64,000 bases of DNA, taken from assembly GCA_019639135.1 (NCBI GenBank), contig JAHBSL010000019.1:33134-97133 (forward strand), in the 5' to 3' direction. Made by a program: the position numbers and the translations under genes. Shown here piece after piece: positions 38,933 to 48,473 of the stretch; position 1 is the first letter of the stretch; each line of letters begins with the position of its first letter. This DNA is from Acidobacteriota bacterium. Lineage in GTDB: Bacteria; Acidobacteriota; Blastocatellia; Pyrinomonadales; Pyrinomonadaceae. The notes under the pieces were generated by a model. It was not told the origin of the DNA. It saw only the letters and a program-made list of their open reading frames with translations, and made no database searches.

Positions 38933-40846
38933 GTGTGCGGTATTAACGGAATATTATTCTCCCGCGCGTCCGGTCGACTTGCTGACGAACGACTCATTCG
39001 GCAAATGCGCGATGTGCTTCGGCATCGCGGGCCGGATGAGGAAGGCATCTATACGCAAGGCCGTCTTGGGCTCGGACATAGAAGGCTTTCGATAGTTGAC
39101 CTCAAGACCGGGCAGCAACCGATGTTTAACGACGATCGTTCGCTCGTGATCGTCTATAATGGCGAGGTCTATAACCATCTGGAACTCCGCCCAGAACTAG
39201 AACGGCTCGGTTTTATATTTCGAACAAAATCCGATACCGAGACCCTTTTGCGGGCATATGAGGCTTGGGGAGCGAAGGCCGTCGAGCGTCTGCGGGGAAT
39301 GTTTGCATTCGCTATCTGGGATGAACGAAAAGAAGAATTATTCATAGCCAGGGACCGACTCGGTGTTAAACCGCTCTATTATTCTCACGATTCGAAAGGA
39401 AATTTCTTTTTCGGCTCTGAGATAAAGGCTCTTCTTACAGCCAAAGCCGTTTTACCGGAGCTTGAATATCGAGCACTCACCGACTACCTTGCCAACCATG
39501 CCCCTTCGGGCGAGAAGACCCTTTTTGCCGGGATCAAACGCTTGCTTCCGGGACATACGCTAAAGGTGAAAGAAGGCAGGGTCACGGTGAATCGATACTG
39601 GGACGTCTCGTTTGAGCGGAGTGCCGAGCATTCCCGGTCGGACGAAGATTGGATTCGCGATTGGTCTGAACTATTCCGCGAGTCTGTCCGGCTCCGGCTT
39701 ATGTCTGATGTTCCGCTTGGGATGTTTCTTTCAGGTGGTATCGACTCTAGCGCTATCGCAGCGGTGATGTCCGGGCTTGTTGATGCTCCGATAAAAACCT
39801 TCTCCGTGGCTTTTGCCGAACGCGAAGCCAATGAGCTTCGGTATGCCCGGCTTGTTGCAGGACGGTTCCGGACCGATCACCACGAAGTAACTGTACCTCC
39901 CGAGGAATTCTTTGCAGCTTTACCTAAGCTCATCTGGCACGAGGACGAGCCGATCGCCCACCCTTCTAGCGTCGCACTTTACTTCGTCTCGAAGTTAGCA
40001 GCTGAGCACGTCAAGGTTGTTCTGACCGGCGAAGGTAGCGACGAAAGCCTCGCGGGCTATGGCCGTTACTGGATGACCCTCTCCAACTTGCGGATTGGGC
40101 AACGCTACCAAGCCCTAACACCGCGTACGATCCGTAACACGGTCGAAAGAGCCATTTCGGGGCTTCCGGTCAGCTCCAGGCTTCGTCATCGCCTAAGAAA
40201 AAGCTTCTTTTGTGTAGAACCGACGATCGAATCGATGTATTTTGACAACTTCGCCGTCTTTCCGCGAGCTATGCAGGCTACATTGCTTTCGCCGACGGCG
40301 AAAGAGCATTTGAACGGTACCACCGACCCTTACCGGACGATGTCGAGCATCTTTGACTCGGTTCGTTCAAAGGAAATGCTGGATCGAATGCTCTACACTG
40401 ACACGAAAACCTATTTGCACGAACTGCTGATGAAGCAGGATCAAATGTCGATGGCGGCATCGATCGAAAGTCGGGTTCCTTTTTTGGACCATAAGCTCCT
40501 CGAATTCACGGCTGCGATGCCTAATCGAATGAAGTTGCGCGGTCGGACGACAAAATATGTGCTCAGAAATGCTATGGAGGGAGTACTTCCCGACGAAATA
40601 CTTAGCCGCGGCAAAATGGGCTTCCCGGTCCCGATCGGTAAATGGTTCCGGGGCGAATTCCGCCATTTGATCGATGAATACGTTCTCTCGGAGCGTTCCC
40701 TCGCGAGGGGCCTTTTCGAACCTGCGGCGGTTCGCAACATCGTCGATCGGCATATGATGGGCGAGAACCACGACGAGCGGCTTTGGTCTCTGGTAAACCT
40801 GGAGATGTGGCAAAGAAGCCTGATCGAAGGAGATATTATTGCGTAG
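38933..40846 (+). CDS. asparagine synthetase (glutamine-hydrolysing) family amidotransferase, paralogue 3
   Basis: GTG start followed by CGINGI (Cys2). HRGPDE, LGHRRLSIVDL, NGEVYNH, PP-loop FLSGGIDSSAIA. 637 aa. Confidence 0.9.
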   Translation: MCGINGILFSRASGRLADERLIRQMRDVLRHRGPDEEGIYTQGRLGLGHRRLSIVDLKTGQQPMFNDDRSLVIVYNGEVYNHLELRPELERLGFIFRTKSDTETLLRAYEAWGAKAVERLRGMFAFAIWDERKEELFIARDRLGVKPLYYSHDSKGNFFFGSEIKALLTAKAVLPELEYRALTDYLANHAPSGEKTLFAGIKRLLPGHTLKVKEGRVTVNRYWDVSFERSAEHSRSDEDWIRDWSELFRESVRLRLMSDVPLGMFLSGGIDSSAIAAVMSGLVDAPIKTFSVAFAEREANELRYARLVAGRFRTDHHEVTVPPEEFFAALPKLIWHEDEPIAHPSSVALYFVSKLAAEHVKVVLTGEGSDESLAGYGRYWMTLSNLRIGQRYQALTPRTIRNTVERAISGLPVSSRLRHRLRKSFFCVEPTIESMYFDNFAVFPRAMQATLLSPTAKEHLNGTTDPYRTMSSIFDSVRSKEMLDRMLYTDTKTYLHELLMKQDQMSMAASIESRVPFLDHKLLEFTAAMPNRMKLRGRTTKYVLRNAMEGVLPDEILSRGKMGFPVPIGKWFRGEFRHLIDEYVLSERSLARGLFEPAAVRNIVDRHMMGENHDERLWSLVNLEMWQRSLIEGDIIA

Positions 40847-40898
40847 TTGAATCGGCCGTCCAGTTAATTGAGCTCCGGTCGTCAGTTTCGTTATTCTC

Positions 40899-42173
40899 AT
40901 GAAGATCCTTTGGCTAAAAACAGAACTCCTTCATCCGGTCGATAAGGGCGGAAAGATACGCACATATCAGATGCTGAAGGAACTGAAGAAAGAACACGAG
41001 ATCACATATTTGACGCTCGACGACGGTTGTGCCGCACCCGACGCCTGCGATCTCGCGGCCGAATACTGCAACGAGTTGATCACTATACCACATCGGGTTT
41101 CGGCAAAGTTCAGCGGGCGTTTTTACAGCGAACTCGCTGCCAATCTGCTTTCCGGGCTTCCGTATTTCATCGAAAAATACCGCTCGCAGGCAATGCGGCA
41201 AGAGATCGAAAAAGTACTAGCCGAAAACTCACACGACATTCTCATCTGCGATTTTCTGCATCCGGCTATCAATCTTCCAGACGATATCAATATCCCTACA
41301 TTGCTTTTTCAGCATAACGTCGAGGCGATGATCTGGAAACGCCACTACGAGGTTTCGGATAATTCGGCCAAGAGAGTTTATCTTCGTTCGCAGTGGGAAC
41401 GAGCAAGGCGTTTCGAACGGCAGGCCTGCAGACGGTTTGACGTCGTGGTAGCAGTTTCAAAGGAAGACGCAGAGGTCTTTCGCAGCGAATACGGCCTTGA
41501 TCGGGTATTCGAAATCGGAACCGGTGTAGATACAGAGTATTTCTCACCTATCAACGGAGACCGGACCGTAAAACCGAATATCGTCTTTACGGGCTCCATG
41601 GATTGGCTCCCGAACAGCGATGCCGTTAAGTGGTTTATAAAAGAGATATTCCCGAGGATCAAAACTGAAGTTCCGGAAGCGACCTTCACGGTGGTCGGTC
41701 GCGACCCATTTCCTGATCTGATCGAGCTTGCAAAACGCGATCCTTCGATCACTGTTACAGGTCGGGTTGACGATGTTCGTCCATATATGCGCGATGCAGC
41801 CGTCTTCGTCGTCCCAATCCGGATCGGCGGCGGCACCCGTCTCAAAATATTCGAAGCAATGGCAATGGGCCTCCCGGTGGTCTCAACAACCATCGGCGCC
41901 GAAGGCCTCCCGGTAAACGATGGAAAGGAATTGCTGCTCCGCGATCCCGAGAACAGTTTCGGAGAGGCAGTGATATCTTTGTTGCGAAATAGGGATAAGG
42001 CCGAAGCTCTTTCTGGCAGAGGATTGAGTACAGTTAGAAATGAGTTTGCGTGGAGCACGATAGCAAAGCAGTTCGCCGAGATCGCTAACGTGAGCGTGAT
42101 AGCAAACGAAAACCAAATGACTGCGCCTCCGTTGGTTGACGATACGTTCGGCCGCTCCGTGCATTCCGCCTGA
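40899..42173 (+). CDS. glycosyltransferase family 4, resembling the PEP-CTERM/EpsH1-associated sugar transferase type
   Basis: MKILWLKTELLHPVDKGGKIRTYQMLKEL (the KGxKIR N-terminus typical of that subfamily, from memory). GGGTRLKIFEAMAMGLPVVSTTIGAEGL. Confidence 0.8.
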   Translation: MKILWLKTELLHPVDKGGKIRTYQMLKELKKEHEITYLTLDDGCAAPDACDLAAEYCNELITIPHRVSAKFSGRFYSELAANLLSGLPYFIEKYRSQAMRQEIEKVLAENSHDILICDFLHPAINLPDDINIPTLLFQHNVEAMIWKRHYEVSDNSAKRVYLRSQWERARRFERQACRRFDVVVAVSKEDAEVFRSEYGLDRVFEIGTGVDTEYFSPINGDRTVKPNIVFTGSMDWLPNSDAVKWFIKEIFPRIKTEVPEATFTVVGRDPFPDLIELAKRDPSITVTGRVDDVRPYMRDAAVFVVPIRIGGGTRLKIFEAMAMGLPVVSTTIGAEGLPVNDGKELLLRDPENSFGEAVISLLRNRDKAEALSGRGLSTVRNEFAWSTIAKQFAEIANVSVIANENQMTAPPLVDDTFGRSVHSA

Positions 42174-42235
42174 ATGCGGATCTTCCAGGCGACATTATGG
42201 CACGCGGGTAATGCAAAGATCTAAGCATTTAAGTC

Positions 42236-43789
42236 ATGGTAATGGTCAGAGATTTGATACAACGAACCCCGCATCGCTGGATAGCACCGCTTTTCCTCTT
42301 GGTGTTTCTGGCGTTGTGTGTTGGTATGAGTCTCACAAAAAGGCCGTGGAGCGATGAGGGTTGGTTTGCGGCGGCCGGTTACAATCTGGCGTTCAACGGC
42401 AAGCCGGGAACATTGGTGCTCGAGCCGAGGGGTTATCGGGAAGGAATTGATCGATACACATACTGGACGGCTCCATTATACTATCCGCTTCAAGCTGTGT
42501 GGTACCGGGTTTTCGGCTTTAGCTTGTTCTCCATGCGAAGCCTTTCCACCTTCTTCGGACTTCTTTTGATTCTCTCACTGTATGTGATCGCCCTTCATCT
42601 TTTCCAGGACCATGCCGTCGCGTTATTGACATTAATGTTGCTTTCATTCGATTACGTTGTCGTTATGGGGGCTTCGTTCGGGCGAATGGACATCATTTGT
42701 TCTGCGTTCGGCTGGTCGGCGGTCGCGGCATTTCTGCTGTTGCGTAATCGCAACCTTACTTTGGCACTTCTGTGTGGACAGACTTTGGTGGCACTTTCGG
42801 GACTGACACACTTTCTTGGAATTCTTTACTTCTTTGCTTTTTGGATACTGGTTTTTTGGTCCGACCGAACCCGACTTACGATAAAGGCAGTTTTATTCTC
42901 GTTCTTGCCTTATGTGATCGGCGGATTGGCGTGGGGGGCTTACATTATGCAAGCTCCGGAGCTATTCATTTCGCAGTTTGGAGGAAATGCGGCCGATGGC
43001 GGTAGATTAAAGCTGCTCACTGACCCATTTTCGGCGGTTTTCAAGGAGATCTCAGACCGGTATCTCGTCGCCTATGGACTCGCCTCGCATTCCGCTGGCT
43101 CTAGCGGGCCGGTCTGGCTAAAAAGCTTTGTACTTTTCGCTTACTTGCTGGCACTGGTTCTTGCAGCTTCGAACGAACGATTCAGGTCGAAACCGGGCGT
43201 TCGTATATCCCTCTTGCTGCTCGTGCTCTTCTTCGTCGTTATGACCGTGCTTGACGGGCAAAAACTAACCTATTATCTACTCAATATCGTTCCACTGTTT
43301 TCAGCTATACTTGCCGCAGCCGCACTTTATATTTACAAGCAATCATCCCTTGGCAAGGTTGCGGCGACTTCGATCATAACTGGAATTATCCTGGTGCAAT
43401 TTGGCGGGGCCATTTTAAAGATCAGATCAAATGGCTATGCAAATCAATATTCGCCCGCAGCAGAATTTATCAGATCTAACAGCGGTCCCGGCGACATCAG
43501 CTATGGCAGTGCTGAGATCGCATTTGCCTTGGGTTTCGATGGCCAGGTAGTTGACGATCATTGGCTCGGATACGAAAAAGACCGAACCCCTAAGTTCTTT
43601 ATTTTGGAGGAAGTATATGAGGAGGCCCTGGACGGGAGGCGGCGTGACATGCCTGAAGTGTATTCATTCGTGATGCAAACGCTCGAACGGGACTATGACC
43701 TCGTCTATGACAAATCGCATTATCGCATCTACCAGCGTAAAAGGTCATCTGCAATTAACGAACCCAAAGCAGAAACTTCGACGCATTAG
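42236..43789 (+). CDS. GT-C-fold membrane glycosyltransferase-like protein (GT39/ArnT/PMT_2-like)
   Basis: 517 aa with about 11 TM helices plus a C-terminal soluble domain. The acidic first-loop motif RPWSDEGWFAAAGYNL resembles the DE motif of GT-C enzymes. The assignment rests on architecture and motif only. Confidence 0.55.
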   Translation: MVMVRDLIQRTPHRWIAPLFLLVFLALCVGMSLTKRPWSDEGWFAAAGYNLAFNGKPGTLVLEPRGYREGIDRYTYWTAPLYYPLQAVWYRVFGFSLFSMRSLSTFFGLLLILSLYVIALHLFQDHAVALLTLMLLSFDYVVVMGASFGRMDIICSAFGWSAVAAFLLLRNRNLTLALLCGQTLVALSGLTHFLGILYFFAFWILVFWSDRTRLTIKAVLFSFLPYVIGGLAWGAYIMQAPELFISQFGGNAADGGRLKLLTDPFSAVFKEISDRYLVAYGLASHSAGSSGPVWLKSFVLFAYLLALVLAASNERFRSKPGVRISLLLLVLFFVVMTVLDGQKLTYYLLNIVPLFSAILAAAALYIYKQSSLGKVAATSIITGIILVQFGGAILKIRSNGYANQYSPAAEFIRSNSGPGDISYGSAEIAFALGFDGQVVDDHWLGYEKDRTPKFFILEEVYEEALDGRRRDMPEVYSFVMQTLERDYDLVYDKSHYRIYQRKRSSAINEPKAETSTH

Positions 43790-43814
43790 CGGCCCGTATT
43801 TTTGAACTCAAGCA

Positions 43815-45287
43815 ATGGAACTATCTCATAGCCGCGTATTTTTTGCGTTAGTATTCATCGTTTTGGTCGCCCCTATTTGGGTGGTAGAGATACCGCCTCT
43901 GGTTGACCTTCCGAATCACGCCGCACGCATCAGTATTCTCGCAAACTACGATGACAGTAAGTTTTTTCGCGAGCACTTCGAGGTCCTTTACGAACCAATC
44001 CCAAACATGGGAATGGACATGCTATTGATGCCTCTGGCGGAACTGGTCGGCATCTGGACCGCTTTCAAGATCTTCCTTTCGTTGATCGTCGTACTTTTCG
44101 TCGTCGGGTGCCAATTGATTGCCGGCGTCCTTCATAAGAACGCTCTTACGTTTACATCTTTAGTGGCTCCGTTCTTACTCTATGGAAGTACACTATTCTA
44201 CGGTTATCTGAACTACCTTCTAAGTGTTGCGTTATTTCTCATATGCTTTGGTCTCTGGCTCAGGTGGCGAGATAGTCTCACAGCTTTACGCTTTCTTTTT
44301 CTGAGCGTATTGGTCTTCGCGGTTTATCTTTCGCATCTCTCATCGTTCGCCTTCCTTGGTCTTGCTATAGTTCTTTATAATCTTTACCAAACACGGTCCA
44401 AAGGACCAAAGGAAAGGTCCGTCGCTTTTTGGCTTGCAGACGCATCACTTTTCCTTGCTCCGGCGATCGCCTTCCTCACTTTCATAAGAGGCTCCGGGAG
44501 CGTCGGAACTCTTGAGTGGGAAGGTTTTCGCAAAAAGCTCGTCGTTTCAATTGGCCCTCTTCTTAGTTACGACAACTTCGTAGATATCATCTGTTACGGT
44601 GCCGTTCTCGGTTTCATCGCCTGGCTGCTTTTCAGGAAACGAATCGTGGTAAACAGATCTGTTTTATTTGTTTCGTTGAGCTTTTTTCTCTTGTTTTTCG
44701 TTGCTCCAACGAGTCTCTTTACGGCTGGCGATGCCGATGCGCGGATAGTCCTACCCGCATACTGTCTGTTGATCTTGTCAATTGATTCCAGAAGCGTGAT
44801 GCGTGACTATGTTCCAATAGCTATCCTGATCTTAGCATTGCTCGGATTTAGGCAGGTCATGATCGGTGATCGTTGGCATCAAATGAGTTCGACCCTCACC
44901 AATGCCGCGCAGATCTACGATAAGCTGCCCGCCAACTCATTCGTTTATGTTACATATGGTCAGGGTTACCTGGAAGATACACCGAAAACTGAGAGAATAA
45001 AGTTTTTGTCGATCGGACTGGCAACTATCGACCGCGGCGTGATCTGGCCCCGGCTGTTCGCTATACGCGGCCAACAGCCGCTGGTCTTTCGACGTACAAG
45101 GCAAACACCCGAGCTCTCGATCGACAATATCGACGCCTGGGACGAAATTCTTTCGGAATACGATCACGTTTGGGCTTTTAAGGTGTCCGATGATGTTCGA
45201 AAACAATTATTGTTGCGCGGTAGTATGATAGCCGAAACAAACGACATGATCTTGATCAAGATTAAGGATCGAAGCATAGAGCAGTAA
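43815..45287 (+). CDS. polytopic membrane protein of unknown function with a C-terminal soluble domain (GT-C-like architecture)
   Basis: 490 aa with at least 9 TM helices and then about 130 soluble residues. No recognised motif; PPLVDLPNHAARISIL sits in the first loop. It is tightly packed between GT-C-like and algD-like genes. Confidence 0.6.
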   Translation: MELSHSRVFFALVFIVLVAPIWVVEIPPLVDLPNHAARISILANYDDSKFFREHFEVLYEPIPNMGMDMLLMPLAELVGIWTAFKIFLSLIVVLFVVGCQLIAGVLHKNALTFTSLVAPFLLYGSTLFYGYLNYLLSVALFLICFGLWLRWRDSLTALRFLFLSVLVFAVYLSHLSSFAFLGLAIVLYNLYQTRSKGPKERSVAFWLADASLFLAPAIAFLTFIRGSGSVGTLEWEGFRKKLVVSIGPLLSYDNFVDIICYGAVLGFIAWLLFRKRIVVNRSVLFVSLSFFLLFFVAPTSLFTAGDADARIVLPAYCLLILSIDSRSVMRDYVPIAILILALLGFRQVMIGDRWHQMSSTLTNAAQIYDKLPANSFVYVTYGQGYLEDTPKTERIKFLSIGLATIDRGVIWPRLFAIRGQQPLVFRRTRQTPELSIDNIDAWDEILSEYDHVWAFKVSDDVRKQLLLRGSMIAETNDMILIKIKDRSIEQ

Positions 45288-46601
45288 ATGAGGATAAGCG
45301 TTTTTGGTTTGGGATATGTAGGTGCTGTCTCGGCGGCTTGTTTGGCGGCTGAGGGGCATCAGGTTATTGGGGTTGATGTCAATTCGACCAAGGTGGATCT
45401 GATCAATGAGGGCGTATCGCCGATCGTTGAGGAGGGCATTGCCGAGATGACGTCTCGGGTCGTCCGCGAGGGACGACTACGGGCAACCTCAAGCGTGACG
45501 GATGCGATAGCACGTAGTGACATATCTCTCGTTTGTGTCGGTACTCCTTCAAATGACAATGGTTCCTTAAAGCTTGATTATGTTGAGAGGGTGAGTCGGC
45601 AGATCGGCGAGGCTCTGGCCTCAAAGGCGGAAAAGCATACTGTCGTGATGCGAAGTACGATGCTGCCGGGAACTATAGAATCACTCGTCCGACCAACTCT
45701 TGAGGATGCTTCCGGTAAAAAGGATGGAGCAGACTTCCATCTTTGTGTAAATCCGGAGTTTTTGAGAGAGGGAAGTTCGATAAAGGATTTCTACTCGCCT
45801 CCATTTACGCTTATCGGGGCGGATTCTGATTCGGCGGCCGAAACACTTCGCGAACTTTATTGGAAGATTGATGCTCCGATCTTCACCATCTCCGTCAAGG
45901 CCGCAGAAATGGTCAAATATGCCTGCAACTGTTTTCACGGGCTAAAGGTCGCCTTTGCCAACGAGATCGGCAACATTTGCAAGGAATCCGGGATCGACAG
46001 CCATGAGGTAATGGACGTCTTCGTTCAGGACTCCAAGCTTAATCTGTCGCCTTACTATCTGAAGCCGGGTTTTGCCTTCGGCGGATCGTGTCTTCCGAAA
46101 GATCTCCGGGCCCTTTCGTACCGCGCACGTCAATTGGATGTTCCGGTCCCGGTACTCGAGGCGACATTGCAAAGCAACCTCCTGCAGATCGAACGAGCTG
46201 TGACGATGATAAACAAGACCGGCAAAAAGAAGATCGGGTTTCTCGGCTTTGCATTCAAAGCCGGAACAGATGATCTTCGTGAATCGCCGATAATAGCAGT
46301 TATCGAAAAAATGATCGGAAAAGGATTCGATGTCCGTCTTTACGATAAGGAGGTTTCACTGGCTCGTCTTGTCGGAGCAAACAAGCAATACATCGAGCAA
46401 GAGATACCGCATATAGCCCGGATCATGTCCGCATCGATCGATGATGTTATCGATAATTCGGATGTCATTGTGATCGGTAACCATGATCCGGAGTTCTCGA
46501 AGGTCGCAAGGGGGCGTCTTGATGGTAAGATCGTCATCGACCTTGTCAGGGTTAACAGGAACCAAAAATCAGAGATCGGCTATTCTGGGATCTGCTGGTG
46601 A
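45288..46601 (+). CDS. algD: GDP-mannose 6-dehydrogenase (AlgD-like nucleotide-sugar dehydrogenase)
   Basis: Collinear with P. aeruginosa AlgD as I recall it: [95 protein letters not shown], and the terminal GICW. The length (437 aa) also matches. Confidence 0.8.
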   Translation: [437 protein letters not shown]

Positions 46602-46653
46602 AGATTTCCCGATCCCTGTTTCTCCGTGAGATCGACTTGGCACCGAAGACATT

Positions 46654-47718
46654 ATGTATTACAAGATCTTTCGGGAATATCCTGACCCGGTTACAGAAAC
46701 CGCATGGGAGCGATTTTTGCCGAGCTCCGGCTTCCCTAGCCACTACACGTCCCCTGCATTTTTTAGCGAGCCGTTTTGGACCGGAAAGAATCCCTTTGCG
46801 GTTCTCGTCTTCGATCGTGAACAAGAGATCATTGCCGTAGCAACCGGCATTTCAACGGGTGGTCAGCTCGTGTGCGGAATGTACGTCCGCCCTCAGGTTG
46901 TGGTATCACCCGACGCGAATAACGTAGGGACTGCTAAAGTCCTCTTTGAGGGATTGCGGGCCGCCCGAATGAGCGGTGAAAGCCAGATAACATTATATTC
47001 CTGTGAATCCATCGCCGGCCTCATCGATGTCGGATTCCGTGAACGCCTCTCGGAGGGCGAAGAGCGATCCGTCATTATCGATCTGGGGAACGGCGCCGAT
47101 GCCGTCTTTGAAAGATTTTCTTCATCGCGTCGGAACAACCTACGCAAGGCTATCAAAAAGACTTCGCTCAAGATCTGCGAAATGACTAAAGAGGAAGAGC
47201 TAATGGAGCTTTACCCGATCCACGTTCAGTGGTGCAAGACCAAACTTATAGCTCCGACCAACTATGATGAGCTGAAACAAGCCTGGCAGCTCAAGTCGAA
47301 TCGAAAGATCCTGATCGCCAAACACGATGGAAAGGTCATCGCGGGCAGCTATTTCCGCTTCTGTCCAGGCGGCATCGTCGAATATGCCGGCAACAATTCT
47401 AACCCGGAGTTTCTCCGAGACAAGCCGAACGACCTGCTGATGTGGGAGGCGATCAAATGGGCATGTGAATCGGGATTCAGAAAGTTCAGCATGGGAGGCT
47501 CACACACTTTTCTCCAGCGTTTCGGCGGGGAGATCACCAACACATGCCGGTATCAGGCAGACCTTTCCCGTTTTCAGACAAACCGGATAAAGGACGAAGC
47601 GAAAGATCTACTTTTGGGTATCTACCGCACCGTTCCGAATAATATAAGGCAAAAGGCAAAGAGGTATTTCGGCATCGGGCCCCGATCCATCAATCCGGAC
47701 GCGACCGGGAATAGCTGA
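46654..47718 (+). CDS. FemAB-like / GNAT (Acetyltransf_6) acyl- or aminoacyl-transferase, PEP-CTERM-locus type
   Basis: 354 aa. The central block FERFSSSRRNNLRKAIKK and ILIAKHDGKVIAGSYFRFCPGGIVEYAGNNSNPEF...PNDLLMWEAIKWACESGFRKFSMGG fit the FemAB-like duplicated GNAT pattern. Confidence 0.65.
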   Translation: MYYKIFREYPDPVTETAWERFLPSSGFPSHYTSPAFFSEPFWTGKNPFAVLVFDREQEIIAVATGISTGGQLVCGMYVRPQVVVSPDANNVGTAKVLFEGLRAARMSGESQITLYSCESIAGLIDVGFRERLSEGEERSVIIDLGNGADAVFERFSSSRRNNLRKAIKKTSLKICEMTKEEELMELYPIHVQWCKTKLIAPTNYDELKQAWQLKSNRKILIAKHDGKVIAGSYFRFCPGGIVEYAGNNSNPEFLRDKPNDLLMWEAIKWACESGFRKFSMGGSHTFLQRFGGEITNTCRYQADLSRFQTNRIKDEAKDLLLGIYRTVPNNIRQKAKRYFGIGPRSINPDATGNS

Positions 47719-47753
47719 TGCCAGCCATTTAGCTGATCAACGCAAACGGAAAT

Positions 47754-48431
47754 ATGGAAACAAACAGCGACAGCAAACCATCAAGGCTCCGTGGGGCAAT
47801 TAGGAACTCATGGATCTACAAGCGGCTCCAGGGACCGATCTTTGACCTGAAAGGTCATATGTTCGACCTTTATCATGGTGTCAAGACCATGCCTCAGGTA
47901 ACTCTCGATAAGCTCGAGATCGATAGCCCGAACAAGGCTGGAGGCGGAATCTACGCCGGGACCGAACCAAAGTACTTTCGTACAATATTGAACTCTCTGG
48001 AAATCGACTTCGAAAGATTTCATTTCATCGACTTCGGTTCCGGGATGGGGAGAGCATTGTTTCTTGCATCTGAGATCCCATTCAAAAAGATCATCGGAGT
48101 CGAGTTTTCGCGGGAGTTGCACCAGATCGCCGTGAAGAACATCAAATCATTTACACAACGGAAACGGGCCTGTAACGACATTGAGAGCGTGTGCGAAGAC
48201 GCTATGGAGTATCTGCTTCCGCTCGAGCCGACCGTTTACTACTTTTTCAATCCGTTCAATCGCGAATTGTTCGGTCGGGTGATCGCGAACATAGAGCGAT
48301 CTCTTGCCCAATCTCCGAGAGAAACTTACGTCATCTATATGAACCCGGTTAACAACGATCTTTTTGTTAACTCAGCGGCTTTCAAGCAAATTGGAGGTGG
48401 CCCCTGGCACACGCTGCACGTTTCGTTGTAG
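47754..48431 (+). CDS. class I SAM-dependent methyltransferase (with an NPF motif IV)
   Basis: Motif I FIDFGSGMGRALFLAS, motif II IIGVEFS, motif III CEDAMEY, motif IV YYFFNPF. Confidence 0.6.
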   Translation: METNSDSKPSRLRGAIRNSWIYKRLQGPIFDLKGHMFDLYHGVKTMPQVTLDKLEIDSPNKAGGGIYAGTEPKYFRTILNSLEIDFERFHFIDFGSGMGRALFLASEIPFKKIIGVEFSRELHQIAVKNIKSFTQRKRACNDIESVCEDAMEYLLPLEPTVYYFFNPFNRELFGRVIANIERSLAQSPRETYVIYMNPVNNDLFVNSAAFKQIGGGPWHTLHVSL

Positions 48432-48473
48432 AGCAACTCTCGGTAGCAGGAGGCAAATGCTAATTACTCGGAA

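Noticed and set aside
43815-45287. Polytopic membrane proteins (19487, 42236, 43815, 59225) considered as the missing exosortase
   Set aside because: Their size, their large C-terminal soluble domains and (for 42236 and 59225) their GT-C-type acidic loop motifs do not fit the compact 8-TM exosortase architecture. 19487 looks like Wzy_C. No exosortase call can be supported.
45288-46601. Calling the locus an alginate biosynthesis operon because of the AlgD-like gene
   Set aside because: alg8, alg44, algK, algE, algX, algG, algI/J/F are absent. The locus has Wzx/Wzy/BY-kinase machinery and many GT4 genes, so a heteropolysaccharide containing mannuronate is the more conservative reading.
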